A stretch of DNA of 64,000 nt from Fistulifera solaris. Taxonomy: Eukaryota. Where the stretch lies: assembly GCA_030295235.1 (NCBI GenBank), contig AP026169.1, positions 1-64,000 on the forward strand, given 5' to 3'. The notes beneath the pieces are model-generated. The model had not been told where the DNA came from and made no database searches. It saw only the letters and a list, made by a program, of their open reading frames with translations. The position numbers were made by a program, and so were the translations under genes. Positions 1-11,873 of this stretch are shown in pieces (position 1 is the stretch's first letter; every line of letters starts with the position of its first letter).

Positions 1-112
1 AACCTAACCCTAACTCCTAACTCCTAACCCTAACCCTAACCCTAACTCCTAACCCTAACCCTAACCCTAACCCTAACCCTAACCCTAACCCTAACCCTAA
101 CCCTAACCCTAA
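1..112. repeat. Telomeric repeat (CCCTAA)n / (TTAGGG)n, chromosome left end
   Basis: Perfect CCCTAA tandem array at the window start, with three CTCCTAA variants in the first ~52 nt. Confidence 0.97.
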
Positions 113-3100
113 CTTGCACTTGCACAACGACTTGCACAACTTGCACTTGCACTTGCACAACCTGCACAATGCATTTGCACTTCTGCACAACGCACTTGCA
201 CTACTTGCACACTTGCACTTGAACTTCTTGCACTTGCACTTTAACAACGACTTGCACAACTTGCACTTGCACAACGCACTTGCACTTGCACTTGCACAAC
301 CTGCACAATGCACTTGCACAACCTGCACAATGCATTTGCACTTGCACAACACACTTGCACAACTAGAACTTGCATTTGCACAACTTGCACAACGCACTTG
401 CCAACAAGCTGCACTTGCACTTGCACTTGCACAACGACTTGCACAACTTGCACTTGCACTCTATCAACCTGCACAACTTGGAAAACGACATGCACAACGA
501 CTTGCACAACTTGCACTTGCACTTGCACTTGCACAACCTGCACAATGCATTTGCACTTCTTGCACAATGCACTTGCACTACTTGCACACTTGCACTTGAA
601 CTTCTTGCACTTGCACTTTAACAACGACTTGCACAACTTGCACTTGCACAACGACTTGCACTTGCACTTGCACAACCTGCACAATGCACTTGCACAACCT
701 GCACAATGCATTTGCACTTGCACAACACACTTGCACAACTAGAACTTGCATTTGCACAACTTGCACAACGCGACTTTGCCAACAAGCTGCACTTGCACAA
801 CGACTTGCACAACTTGCACTTGCAAAACCTGCACTTGCACAAAGAACTTGCACAACTTGCACTTGCACAACATGCACAACGACTTGCACTTGCACAACCT
901 GCACAATGCACTTGCACAACCTGCACAATGCATTTGCACTTGCACAACACACTTGCACAACTAGAACTTGCATTTGCACAACTTGCACAACGACTTGCCA
1001 ACAAGCTGCACTTGCACTTGCACTTGCACAACGCACTTGCACAACTTGCACTTGCCAACAACTTGCACTTGCACTTGCACTTGCACAAAGAACTTGCACA
1101 ACTTGCACTTGCACAACATGCACAACGACTTGCACAACTTGCACTTGCACTTGCACAACTTGCACAACGCGACTTGCATAACTTGAAGAATGCACTTGCA
1201 CAACCTGCACTTGCACAACACACAACTTGCACTTGCAGAACTTGCACTTGCACTACTTGCACAACTTGCACACTTGCACTTGAACTTCTTGCACTTGCAC
1301 TTGCACTACTTGCACACTTGCACTTGAACTTCTTGCACTTGCAATGTAACAACGACTTGCACTTGCACTTGAACAACACACTTGCACTTGCACTTGCACT
1401 TGCACAACTTGCACTTTCATTTTGCACTTTGCAAACGCGACATGCACAACTTGCACTTGCACAACGACTAGCACAACATGCACTTGCACTTGCACTTGCA
1501 CAACCTGCACAATGCATTTGCACTTCTTGCACAACGACTTGCACAACTTGCACTTGCACAACTTGCACTTGCATTTGCACTTGCACTCGCGACAACTTGC
1601 ACTTGCACAACGACTAGCACAACATGCACTTGCACTTGCACAACCTGCACAATGCATTTGCACTTCTTGCACAACGCACTTGCACTTGCACAACTTGCAC
1701 TTGCACTTGCAAAACGACATGCACAACTTGCACTTGCACAACGACTTGCACAACTTGCACTTGCAGTTGCACTTGCACAACCTGCACAATGCATTTGCAC
1801 TTCTTGCACAACGCACTTGCACTACTTGTACACTTGCACTTGAACTTCTTGCACTTGCACTGTAACAACGACTTGCACAACTTGCACTTGCACAACGACT
1901 TGCACTTGCACAACCTGCACAATGCATTTGCACTTCTTGCACAACGCACTTGCACAACTTGCACTTGCATTTGCACTTGCACTCGCGACAACTTGCACTT
2001 GCACAACGACTTGCACATCGACTTGCACAACCTGCACAATGCACTTGCACTTGCACTTGCACAACCTGCACAATGCATTTGCACTTCATGGAAAAACGCA
2101 CTTGCACAACTTGCACTTGCACAACTTGCACTTGAACTACTTGCACTTGCACTTGAACAACTACTTGCACAACTTTCACACTTGCACTTGAACTTCTTGC
2201 ACTTGCACTTGCACTACTTGCACAACTTGCACACTTGCACTTGAACTTCTTGCACTTGCACTTGAACTTCTTGCACTTGCACTTGAACAACGACTTGCAC
2301 TTGCACTTGAGCAACACACTTGCACTTGCACTTGCACAACTTGCACTTGCACTTGCACTTGCACTTGCAAAACGCACATGCACAACTTGCACTTGCACAA
2401 CGACTTGCACAACTTGCACTTGCACTTGCACTTGCACAACCTGCACAATGCATTTGCACTTCTTGCACAACGCACTTGCACTACTTGCAGACTTGCACTT
2501 GAACTTCTTGCACTTGCAATGTAACAACGCACTTGCACAACTTGCACTTTCACAACTTGCACTTGCATTTGCACTTGCACAACGCACTTGCACTTGCACA
2601 ACACACTTGCACAACTAGAACTTGCATTTGCACAACTTGCACAACGCACTTGCCAACAAGCTGCACTTGCACTTGCACTTGCACTTGCACAACTTGCACT
2701 TTCACAACGCACTTGCACTTGCACAACCTGCACAATGCACTTGCACTTGCACAACACACTTGCACAACTAGAACTTGCATTTGCACAACTTGCACAACGA
2801 CTTGCCAACAAGCTGCACTTGCACTTGCACTTACACTTGCACAACGCACTTGCACAACTTGCACTTGCACTTGCACAACTTGCACTTGCACAACTTGCAC
2901 ACTTGCACTTGAACTTCTTGCACTTGCACTTGCACTACTTGCACACTTGCACTTGAACTTCTTGCACTTGCACTTTAACAACGACGCACTTGCACTTGAA
3001 CAACACACCTGCACTTGCACTTGCACAACTTGCACTTGCATTTGCACTTGCAAAACGCACTTGCACAACGCACTTGCACAACATGCACACTTGCACTTGA

Positions 3101-3688
3101 ACTTCTTGCACTTGCACTTGCACTACTTGCACAACTTGCACACTTGCACTTGAACTTCTTGCACTTGCACTTGAACAACGCACTTGCACTTGCACTTGAA
3201 CAACACACTTGCACTTGCACTTGCACAACTTGCACTTGCATTTGCACTTGCAAAACGCACATGCACAACTTGCACTTGCACAATGCACTTGCACAACTTG
3301 CACTTGCACTTGCACTTGCACAACCTGCACAATGCATTTGCACTTCTTGCACAACGCACTTGCACTACTTGCACACTTGCACTTGAACTTCTTGCACTTG
3401 CACTTTAACAACGCACTTGCACAACTTGCACTTGCACAACGACTTGCACTTGCACAACCTGCACAATGCACTTGCACAACCTGCACAATGCATTTGCACT
3501 TGCACAACACACTTGCACAACTAGAACTTGCATTTGCACAACTTGCACAATGCACTTGCCAACAAGCTGCACTTGCACTTGCACTTGCACAACGCGACTT
3601 GCACAACTTGCACTTGCACTTGCACAACCTGCACAACTTGCACAACGCACTTGCACAACTTGCACTTGCAGAACCTGCACAACGCACT
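113..3688. repeat. Subtelomeric complex satellite built from CTTGCA and variant words (CAACTTGCA, CAACCTGCA, CAATGCA, CAACGCA, TTTGCA, CTTGAA, CTTCTTGCA, etc.)
   Basis: Continuous low-complexity array with recurring higher-order phrases. All ORFs over it are LH/CT/LAQ/VQ/CK/AS repeat translations. Confidence 0.95.
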
Positions 3689-3736
3689 GGTTTTCGTAGT
3701 TCTAGCTTAGTTTCTTCCTATAGCTGTGTTTTTCCA

Positions 3737-3977
3737 CCCAAACCCGAACCCTAACCCAAAAATATAAATGTCAACTTCATCATGAAATTGCTGTCAATTA
3801 AGTATTTATTTTACATCTTTTACTAAATCTTCTTCTTTCCCTTATTTCCACCATTTCCTTCTATTCCATCTTCCTTACTCCCTTGTTACTGATTCCTACT
3901 TCCTATTTACCTAGTTCTAAGTTCCTTTTCCAAGTTCCAAGTTCCATATCCCAATTTCCAAATTTCTAACCCTAACC
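3737..3977. repeat. Interstitial telomere-like remnants bracketing a pyrimidine-rich spacer
   Basis: CCCAAACCCGAACCCTAACCCAAA at ~3737-3760 and CTAACCCTAACC at 3966-3977, both in the same orientation as the telomere. Confidence 0.55.
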
Positions 3978-4201
3978 GACTATAGCTGATAATGTTTTTA
4001 GTGATTCTGAGACAGATTTTTGCCGCGGCAGATTTTTAACGCCGTTTCCCGAAATGCTAAATTACCTGGTATTACCTTAAAGCAAGCACCCGTTCACACT
4101 CGTAAGCAACCGGCATCTCGTTCCTTTAAAATACATTTTTATTTCGCCTGGGCCTTTGTAGTTCTTTGCTTCAACAATCATTTCAACTATCAATTCAAAC
4201 C

Positions 4202-6304
4202 ATGGCAAACTTAGCATCGGACCCTCCGTTGTGGGAATTCGATGAAAATGAAGCCTCTGATTGGTTAACGAAAACGTTGCGCGAAGCGTACAGAATCGTT
4301 TCAGAGGATGGCCTTGTAGAAACGGCTTCGAACGAAAAGCTCGATCTGTGGCAAAAAAATATAGTTTCGTCGGCGCAGGCAGTTGCTTTTCATCGGTACA
4401 TCAAGGAAGTAATGGAGAAGATGACGACGATGCCCCACCTGCAAAAGAAGAAAGCAAGCGTTTCTCGACGATCCCTGTCATGTCTGGTGGATATCGAAAT
4501 ACACGGAGAAACCGGCGGACTTAGAGGAAGACGAAGATGACTTACCCGCGGTGTTGGGTGGAAGACTTGCTCAATTTACTCCTGGTGCGTGGTTGAATGC
4601 AATGGCAGCAGCACCAGTCGTTCGAAAATCACATCCGTCGTCGAAATTAGTTCAAGAAGGAGCCAAGGCATGTCACGTCTCTCTCTTCTTGCCTTCGAAT
4701 GCAACGACTGAAATTGAAAAATACATGTTGGAAGTCTGGGGAGTCGCGCAGGGAGTCTATCGGTTGGCACAGGCAGCCGTTCAGAAAGACATTTGGCGTA
4801 CAACGCCTTATCGAATTCAGCAACGTCTGGCTCCGGAAGTGCCAGCCCAAGAGTTCGCGTCGATCCGAAAGCGAATTTACGATACTGTCATTCTGGGAAA
4901 AGGTCTGCATGTGAATGAAGAGGATGATGATACCGCTGTCGCTATTGGCTCGCAAGTTCACGAGAGCGAAAAGTTTAAAAAGTGTCCGAATTGTGGAAAT
5001 ATGGATCAGTCGTCATTTGCGTTGGATCAGAAAAATGGCGATATTATCTGCTCGAATTGCGGCGTCGTCGTTTCGGAGTCATTGATGCATGAAGGTTCAG
5101 CGTACCGTAAATTCGAAGGCGAAGAAGATCGAAATCACCATGGCGATGCACCCAATTCTCTTTTCTCAAATGCGCGGAATTTATCGACGAGCTTGTCTGG
5201 AATAGCTCCGACCAGTGGCATTGGGGGCTACAAAGGAGGCGGTGGAAGTCTGGAAACCATCTTACGCAATACGCATGCATATACAGAACTCAATGTCAGT
5301 CAGTACGGAAAAACAGACCGTCGCACGCGAGAGGGGTACAAAGATCGACAAAGAAGGAAGCTTTCGTTCAAATGACTCATACTGGTGATGCTTTGAATTT
5401 GCACGAAGCTGTTGTTCGGCGTGCCAAAGAATTGTTTGCAGGATTTCGTGATGATCGTGAACTGGTGCAGCAATTCAAAGGCGTGTTGGCAGCTTGTTTG
5501 TGCGAAGCGTTCGAGCAACTAGCTGCAGAAGGTTCAGACGGTATGCTCGTGAAAGGGGTTGGTTCTTCTGCTATTAATTTAGCAATCGAGGAACTCGATG
5601 AATCTCAGCTTACGGGTCGAGCAGCTAGGAGGAATCAGCTACACAAAGTAACACTAGCTGGAAAAGGTGGATTGCAAGTTGATTTTAGCAGCATCGAAGA
5701 AAAGGAGCAACGATTAGGGAAAACCGTCGCGCAGTGGAATTTGGAAGATTGTCGATCGTGGCTTTTACAAGCTTCGAGAAAGATTGCGCAACAGTGGGTT
5801 GAGGACCGGCAAGCCGCTCCCGCTTCCAAGCGTAATCAATGGCCCGAGGGTTCTCTGGAAGAACTGGAAGGCCAACTTGTAGAGCACTCGATTACATTGT
5901 GTGAGCACTTAGAGGAAGAACTTAAATCACGCAACAAAGGCGACACTAAAACGCGCATAGTTACACCTCGGATTATTGACATGTCCAAGCTGGGTATAAA
6001 ATGGCAGCACATGCACGAGCGTGGCTCGGGTGGAAAAGGTGGACTCGGTGGGAGCGGTCCGCAGGCAGCGAACGTGACAGGGTCAGAGCGGACGGCTGGT
6101 CAAACTATGCTGAGACAAAATGCGAAAAAGCTGGCGATGATCATAAAGGACCAACGAGCAGCGGAAGCATTGCACAAAGAGCTTCGGCGGGAAGTGGGAA
6201 AGGAGGAAGAGCTGAAACGAAAACAGATTCATGAACAAGCATCTCGTCAAAGACTGAAGCAAATGCAGCGTAAGCGATGGTTGCAAGCCAAAGTACAAGG
6301 GTAA
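4202..6304 (+). CDS. TFIIB-related protein (Zn ribbon plus partial cyclin-like repeat, long N- and C-terminal extensions); split by frameshifts
   Basis: CPNCGN...GDIICSNCG zinc ribbon followed by a cyclin-fold-like segment (ALNLHEAVVRRAKELFAGFR...AACL). Joining ORFs 4202-, 4551- and 5372- needs single-base insertions at ~4404, ~4446 and ~5352, which also restores the NLS-like PPAKRRKQ. Confidence 0.75.
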
Positions 6305-6444
6305 ACTGTTGATCCGATATGGACGTTTGTCACAGACCGAGAAGTATTAGTGGGGACTAAATCCAAAATTTAGAAAAATTTAAATTAAAAAGGTCCCCCG
6401 AAAATACATCAAAATAAAAATTAACATGTGCTCGCCCGGATCTT

Positions 6445-8019
6445 TTACGGAGCTCCTTCCTGTCCCAGCCGCTTCTTGTGTCGGCGCTCTTCCAGTTCCG
6501 CTAGCGCTTTCATGTCAATATCATCATCGGGCGCAGCCACAAGTGCGTTAGCGTGATAGCTCATGTCCAAGCCCACAAGCTCTTCCAAACTGTCGGATCG
6601 TAGCCATCCCATGTAATTCAACCATAAAAAGAAGGGAGACATGACTCCGATTGGCCATCCGATAAAAAACAGCATAGCCAACAGTTGATTGGCTAAAAGT
6701 GTCGCGTCGGCTTCCCCACGGCCGAGGGAATAAAACCATCCAACATGGTCTGAGGAACCAAACGCTGCTGACACGCGGGCCGGAGAAGTAAACAATCCCG
6801 TCGCAATCAAACCCCAGACGCCGCTGAACAAATGAACAGGAATAGCATCTACAGCATCATCAATCTTCCACTTGATTAGCAAAGCGGACCCGCCAATGTA
6901 GATCCAGCCTGCCGCCATTCCAATCAGACACGCGGCCCACGGTTCAATCGTGGCACAGGGAGCTGTGACAGCTACGAGGCCACTTAACAAACCATTCATG
7001 GCCATCGTGAGACTAAAAGATAGATCGCCCGTCCGTCGTTCTTCCAAGTACAGATTGGTAAATATAGCGGTGATTGCCCCCGAAGCGGCCGATAGAGATG
7101 TGTTGATGGCGGCAAGAGCCGCAATGGATCCAGCGTTCTCCACGCCTAACAATAACGCAGAACCCGGATTGAATCCATACCCTATTGTGTGTGGAAAAGA
7201 GTGTGCGTTAGCATAGGCTGATGATGCAACTTAGATGTGAGAACTCATGGCACTTACATCCGAACCACAACACCATAGTACCCATGAGCTGCAAAGCGAC
7301 CGAATGCCCGGGAAAATCTTTCGGAACAGCTAAGGGCGCTCCTTTGGCATCATAAAAACGACCCTTTCGAGCACCTAAAATCTTGGCGGCAATCAGAGCC
7401 GTCATTCCTCCAGTAGTGTGTACAACACCGCTACCCGCAAAATCAATGGCACCGATTCCTCCCAGTGGATTGGGTTGCGTAGCGCTGAGAAATCCGTACG
7501 AGCTCCAGATGGCACGAGCCGAGATGGGATATACAAAACCTGTCAAAAACAAACTGTACATCAAATAGGCGGCCATTTGGCAACGTTCCGCTAAAGTGCC
7601 GGCAACAATCGTCACGGCTGTTGCCGAGAAAGCGTATTGAAAGAACCAAAACGCCGGATCCACATCACCCATGTATAAAAAGCTACCAGAGCCGATGTAC
7701 GACGTGTCACCGGAACCAGGTTTACCAAAGGCAAAAGCAAAGCCGGTGACATACCAAGCCAAAGCAGCGCCACAGGCGTCGAGTAAATTCTTCAGCATCG
7801 TGTTTTGTACGTTTTTCTTGCGCACACAGCCGGCGCAAAGCATCGCAAATCCAGCTTGCATGAAAAGACTAACGCACCAGTTAGAACAAGCAGCCAGGAA
7901 TGTGTATTAGAGATTGCCGCTTGTGCCTCGGCCTGCAGCTGGTCGGCGATGCACTGCAACACTGCATCCGTCTCGCCATGGTATTCGACGGCGCAGCTCT
8001 GATAAAGCGTGTGACTCAT
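6445..8019 (-). CDS. AMT1: Ammonium transporter (Amt/AMT1 family), copy A
   Basis: MQAGFAMLCAG, AERC, DFAGSGVVH, GFNPGS and DDAVDAIPVH motifs. Intron 7182-7257 (GT..AG). One missing T at ~7863. Confidence 0.95.
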
Positions 8020-9002
8020 TATTTTAAAGGCACGGAACGACTTGAATTGTTAATAGTGAGTGTCTCGCAAAATATTTTTCGTCGTCTTTCTGTAAAAGAG
8101 TTTCGCCTTTGTGTTTTTTTTATCTTCTCGGAAAACGCTCGGAAGTTTGACAAGATTGGTCATTGACCGCTATTGATTATTGTTTGGGCTTTTTTCCATT
8201 CATAAACATGATGCATTAAGCAGTATAGCCGTAGTCCGTAGTATTACTTTGTACTTATTCTTTGAAAAGTACTTTGTACGAACGGCCAACGGCCAACGGC
8301 CGGAAACAAAGAAGGGACAAGGGTCATTGATCTTATGACCCTACTTTTCATTGATGTCCGGCGCTTGCACATTCATGGACAGAAAACAACATCAAACGTC
8401 AAGAATCAAGAACCACGATCAGCCTCCGTGCCGCGTGCCGTGCTGTGTAGCTTGCGGAGTGCGGAGTGCGTGCGGAGCGCAGACGTCTCTTTCAGGACCC
8501 AGCCAGTTCCGAGTTCCGACAGCTCTCGGGACTCCTCTTCCCCGAGATGCCAATGTTCTTATGCTTTCGATGACCAAATCAAAAATGAGAAGGATTGTTG
8601 CAAAAGTTGCAATGGGTCAAGGCATAAGAAATCGTTAACATTGGCATCAAAAAAGATCACAGTCACGAGAGCGCAATTTTTCCAAACGCAGCAGCGTGAT
8701 GATTCAGGCAGATTTAAGAGCACATCGGCGAGTTCCACAAATGCTGTTCAGCGACGAGCTCATTGATCACGAGCAAAAATATTGATTTCTTTGATCAACT
8801 GTAACCAATGCTTTGCCCTCTTATTTGTAACTCGATAATCCTTTTGGGGCTCACTACACCGGGAGGTTTTTGAAAGTCGTTTCGTCGTGAGTTACGTCTT
8901 TCCAGTACGTTTTTGTTAGACGGTTTTTATAGTTTAATTTGCATTTTCTATTCTTTGTCATTTACACCTGCCGTATGTATTGCTGGGTGATAGAATCTTG
9001 AC

Positions 9003-10687
9003 TTATAGGTTGCACTCAGGGCGCTCCTTCTTGTCCGGTGCGCTTTTGTGTTTTCTTTCCTCCAGTTCAGCCAGCGCCTTCTCATCAACATCGTCGTCTC
9101 GTAGCACCGTTGGTGCGTTCACATGATAAGCCATATCCAGACCCACCAACTCTTCCAGGGTATCCGATCGTAACCATTTCATATAGTTCAACCACAAGAA
9201 GAAAGGGGTTATTGTTCCTAACGGCCATGCAAGTAGAAACAACACAGCCAAGATTTGATTTCCCAAAAGTGTCGCGTCGACTTCTCCTCGTCCAAGAGAG
9301 TAAAACCAACCCACATGATCCGAAGAACCAAATGCGGTGAGTATGCGAGTCGGGGCCGTAAATAGCCCGGTCGCGATCATGCCCCAAACGCCACTAAATA
9401 AATGAACTGGAATCGCATCCACAGCGTCATCGATTCTCCATCGGATGAGCAAAGACGACCCGGCAACGTAAATCCAGCCTGCTGTCATTCCGATCAGACC
9501 AGCCGCCCACGGTTCGATAAGAGCACAAGAAGCTGTGACAGCCACGAGTCCGCTCAATAGACCGTTCATAGCCATGGTTAGGTTGAAGGACAAGCCCCCG
9601 TTCGTCGCTCTTCCAGGTACAATTCGGTGAACATTGCCGTTATGGCCCCAGAAGCACCCGAGATCGATGTATTGATGGCAGCCAGAGCGGCAATCGGACC
9701 GGAATTCTCCACTCCTAGCAGCAACGCAGATCCTGGATTAAATCCATACCCTTTATAGTGTGAATAGAGTAAGAATAAGCATCCAAAAGGATTGATGAAG
9801 TTGAGCGAAAAGGAGAAACGCGTCACTTACAGCCAAACCACAACATCATCGTCCCCATGAGTTGCAGAGCGATCGAATGACCGGGAAAATGTTTTGGTTT
9901 GGACAATGGTGACCCTTTGGAGTCATAGAATCGACCTTTTCGAGCTCCCAATATCTTCGCAGCAATCAGAGCTGTCATTCCTCCAGTAATATGAACGACA
10001 CCGCTGCCAGCAAAATCAATGGCTCCAATTCCTCCTAGCGGATCGGGCTGCTTAGCACTTAGGAATCCATGCGAGCTCCACATGGCACGAGCCGACATGG
10101 GATAGACGAACCCAGTCAAAAACAAGCTGTATAGTAGATAAGCGGTCATCTGACAGCGTTCAGCCAATGTACCGGCTACGATAGTAACAGCCGTCGCCGA
10201 AAAGGCGTATTGGAAAAACCAATAGGCCGCGTCAACATCTCCAATGTACAAAAAACCACCTGTGCCGATAAACGAAGTTTCGCCCGATCCAGGTTGACCA
10301 AAGGCAAAAGCGTAACCGGTAGTATACCAAGCCAAAGCAGCGCCACAAGCGTCGAGTAAATTCTTGAGCATTGTATTTTGTACGTTTTTCTTGCGCACAC
10401 AGCCTAAAAACGAGTTGAAAAGCAAAGGAGTCTTTGCGTGAGACACTTTATGGAAAAGAACGATGCGCAATTGATCAGTGTTGACGAATTTCGACTTACC
10501 AGCACAAAGGACTGCAAAGCCAGCTTGCATGAAAAGAGAAGTGCAGCTGACAAGACGAGAAGCCACGTGTGAGTGTCTAAAGCGGCTTTTGGGTCTCAGC
10601 CTGTAGTTTATCGGTAATACATTGTAGAACGGCATCGGTCTCGCCTTCGTAAAGGATTGCGCAGCTCGAGTAAAACGAATTACTCAT
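9003..10687 (-). CDS. AMT1: Ammonium transporter (Amt/AMT1 family), copy B, tandem paralog of copy A
   Basis: Same motifs as copy A and aligns with it from the start (MSNSFYSSCA vs MSHTLYQSCA). Introns 10404-10499 and 9751-9830. Homopolymer frameshifts at ~10588, ~10533 and ~9597. Confidence 0.93.
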
Positions 10688-11120
10688 TCTTTCTCTATAG
10701 GCAGTCTATGTTATGAACAATGTTTCGTCGCAATACGTTTTCGTCTGCTTTCAGATGAAGTTGTGAATGACAATGAAAATACAAAGCCAAATCCGACCAG
10801 ACAGACTATGAAAGCCGATCGATCGACGCAGTGCGGTGTTTCGGAAAAAGCGTGAGGCTTTTGTCCTCCAATCTCGATCCTGGACCATCAGAAATGTTGC
10901 AATAAATGTCACGTATGAAAATACCGGGAAAATGATGCATCATTGCCTGTGGCTCGCCTACGACGTACGTAGTATTAAGAACAAAATGCTTGACTCTTGT
11001 TCTTTCGAATGTCTGCAACGTACGTACGATGAATTCGACTCCGTGCAGTTTTTGATTAGGGCCTCTGGCTTTCCTACTTTTCGTATGCATTTTGAATTTT
11101 GATGATGTCTGTTGTCTGTT

Positions 11121-11452
11121 TAGACTTCTGTCCGTTCTCCGTTTAACAGGGAATTCCCAACTGGGATCACAGTTCAATTCCCTTCCTCGTTCATTTTCCC
11201 AATTCCCTGTTTAACAGGGAATAAGTGGGTGGATGTCTGACCGGCACTCAAAGGCCTTTATTCCCTTGTTTGCGCGGTGAATGAACAGAAAATCTCTTGT
11301 CTAAAGCGTTAAGGATTAGGGACTGACTACCATATTTCGTACACGGGACTCATTAATTCGAACAGGGAATGCTCCCAGTTCACTCCTTGTTCGATCAAAA
11401 TCCCTGTTCACTCCCTCCCTGTTGGAGTGAACTGGGAACGGACAGAGGTCTA
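11121..11452. mobile_element. MITE, hAT-like, 332 bp
   Basis: TIR TAGACTTCTGTCCGTTCTCCGTTTA vs reverse complement of the right end TAGACCTCTGTCCGTTCCCAGTTCA. Perfect 8-bp TSD TGTCTGTT (11113-11120 and 11453-11460). Internal AACAGGGAA/TTCCCTGTT repeats. Confidence 0.9.
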
Positions 11453-11530
11453 TGTCTGTTGCAGTTTAGTTTGTAAATAATGACATTAAAGGGAATTCGG
11501 AATTCACGGACCCAAGCCCCAAGTATAAGT

Positions 11531-11873
11531 AATCATCAGTTCAATGTTTGATACCCGGCAGTTCGTGACCACAAATAATGAGAAACGCAAGGCCTTGCTT
11601 TTGTAAGCCATCATTAAATAATAATCATCTCAACGATGAGATGGACAATAAGAATATATCGTGATGATTTAAAAAAACATTGTTTTGTCCGCTGTTCAGA
11701 TTATCCATTCATTGCGACATTGCAATGAATTCGTACCAAAAAGTCCCGGGAATGAGTAAAGGTCATGCCATAGTGTAAAAAAGACTTTCTCACACTTGCA
11801 GTCATCAGTGCAATATTCGATACCCGGCAGTTCGTGACTACAAATGAGAAACTCGAAGCCTTGCTTTGTAAGC
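11531..11873. repeat. Imperfect ~75-80-bp direct repeat pair (11531-11610 and 11800-11873)
   Basis: Shared TCATCAGT.CAAT.TT.GATACCCGGCAGTTCGTGAC.ACAAAT...GAGAAAC...GCCTTGCTTT(T)GTAAGCC. Confidence 0.85.

Noticed and set aside
113..3688. CRISPR-like array (recurring phrases with variable intervening sequence)
   Set aside because: There are no unique spacers: the intervening DNA uses the same words. The context is eukaryotic and no cas genes are present.
17..3754. Dozens of His/Leu-, Cys/Thr- and Cys/Lys-rich ORFs suggesting a metal-binding repeat protein
   Set aside because: They are translations of the satellite. The 7- and 8-nt words shift frame constantly, and all six frames are similarly open.
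3718..3988. MULE-like element with 9-bp TSD CTATAGCTG
   Set aside because: No terminal inverted repeats lie inside the direct repeats. Kept only as a boundary observation.
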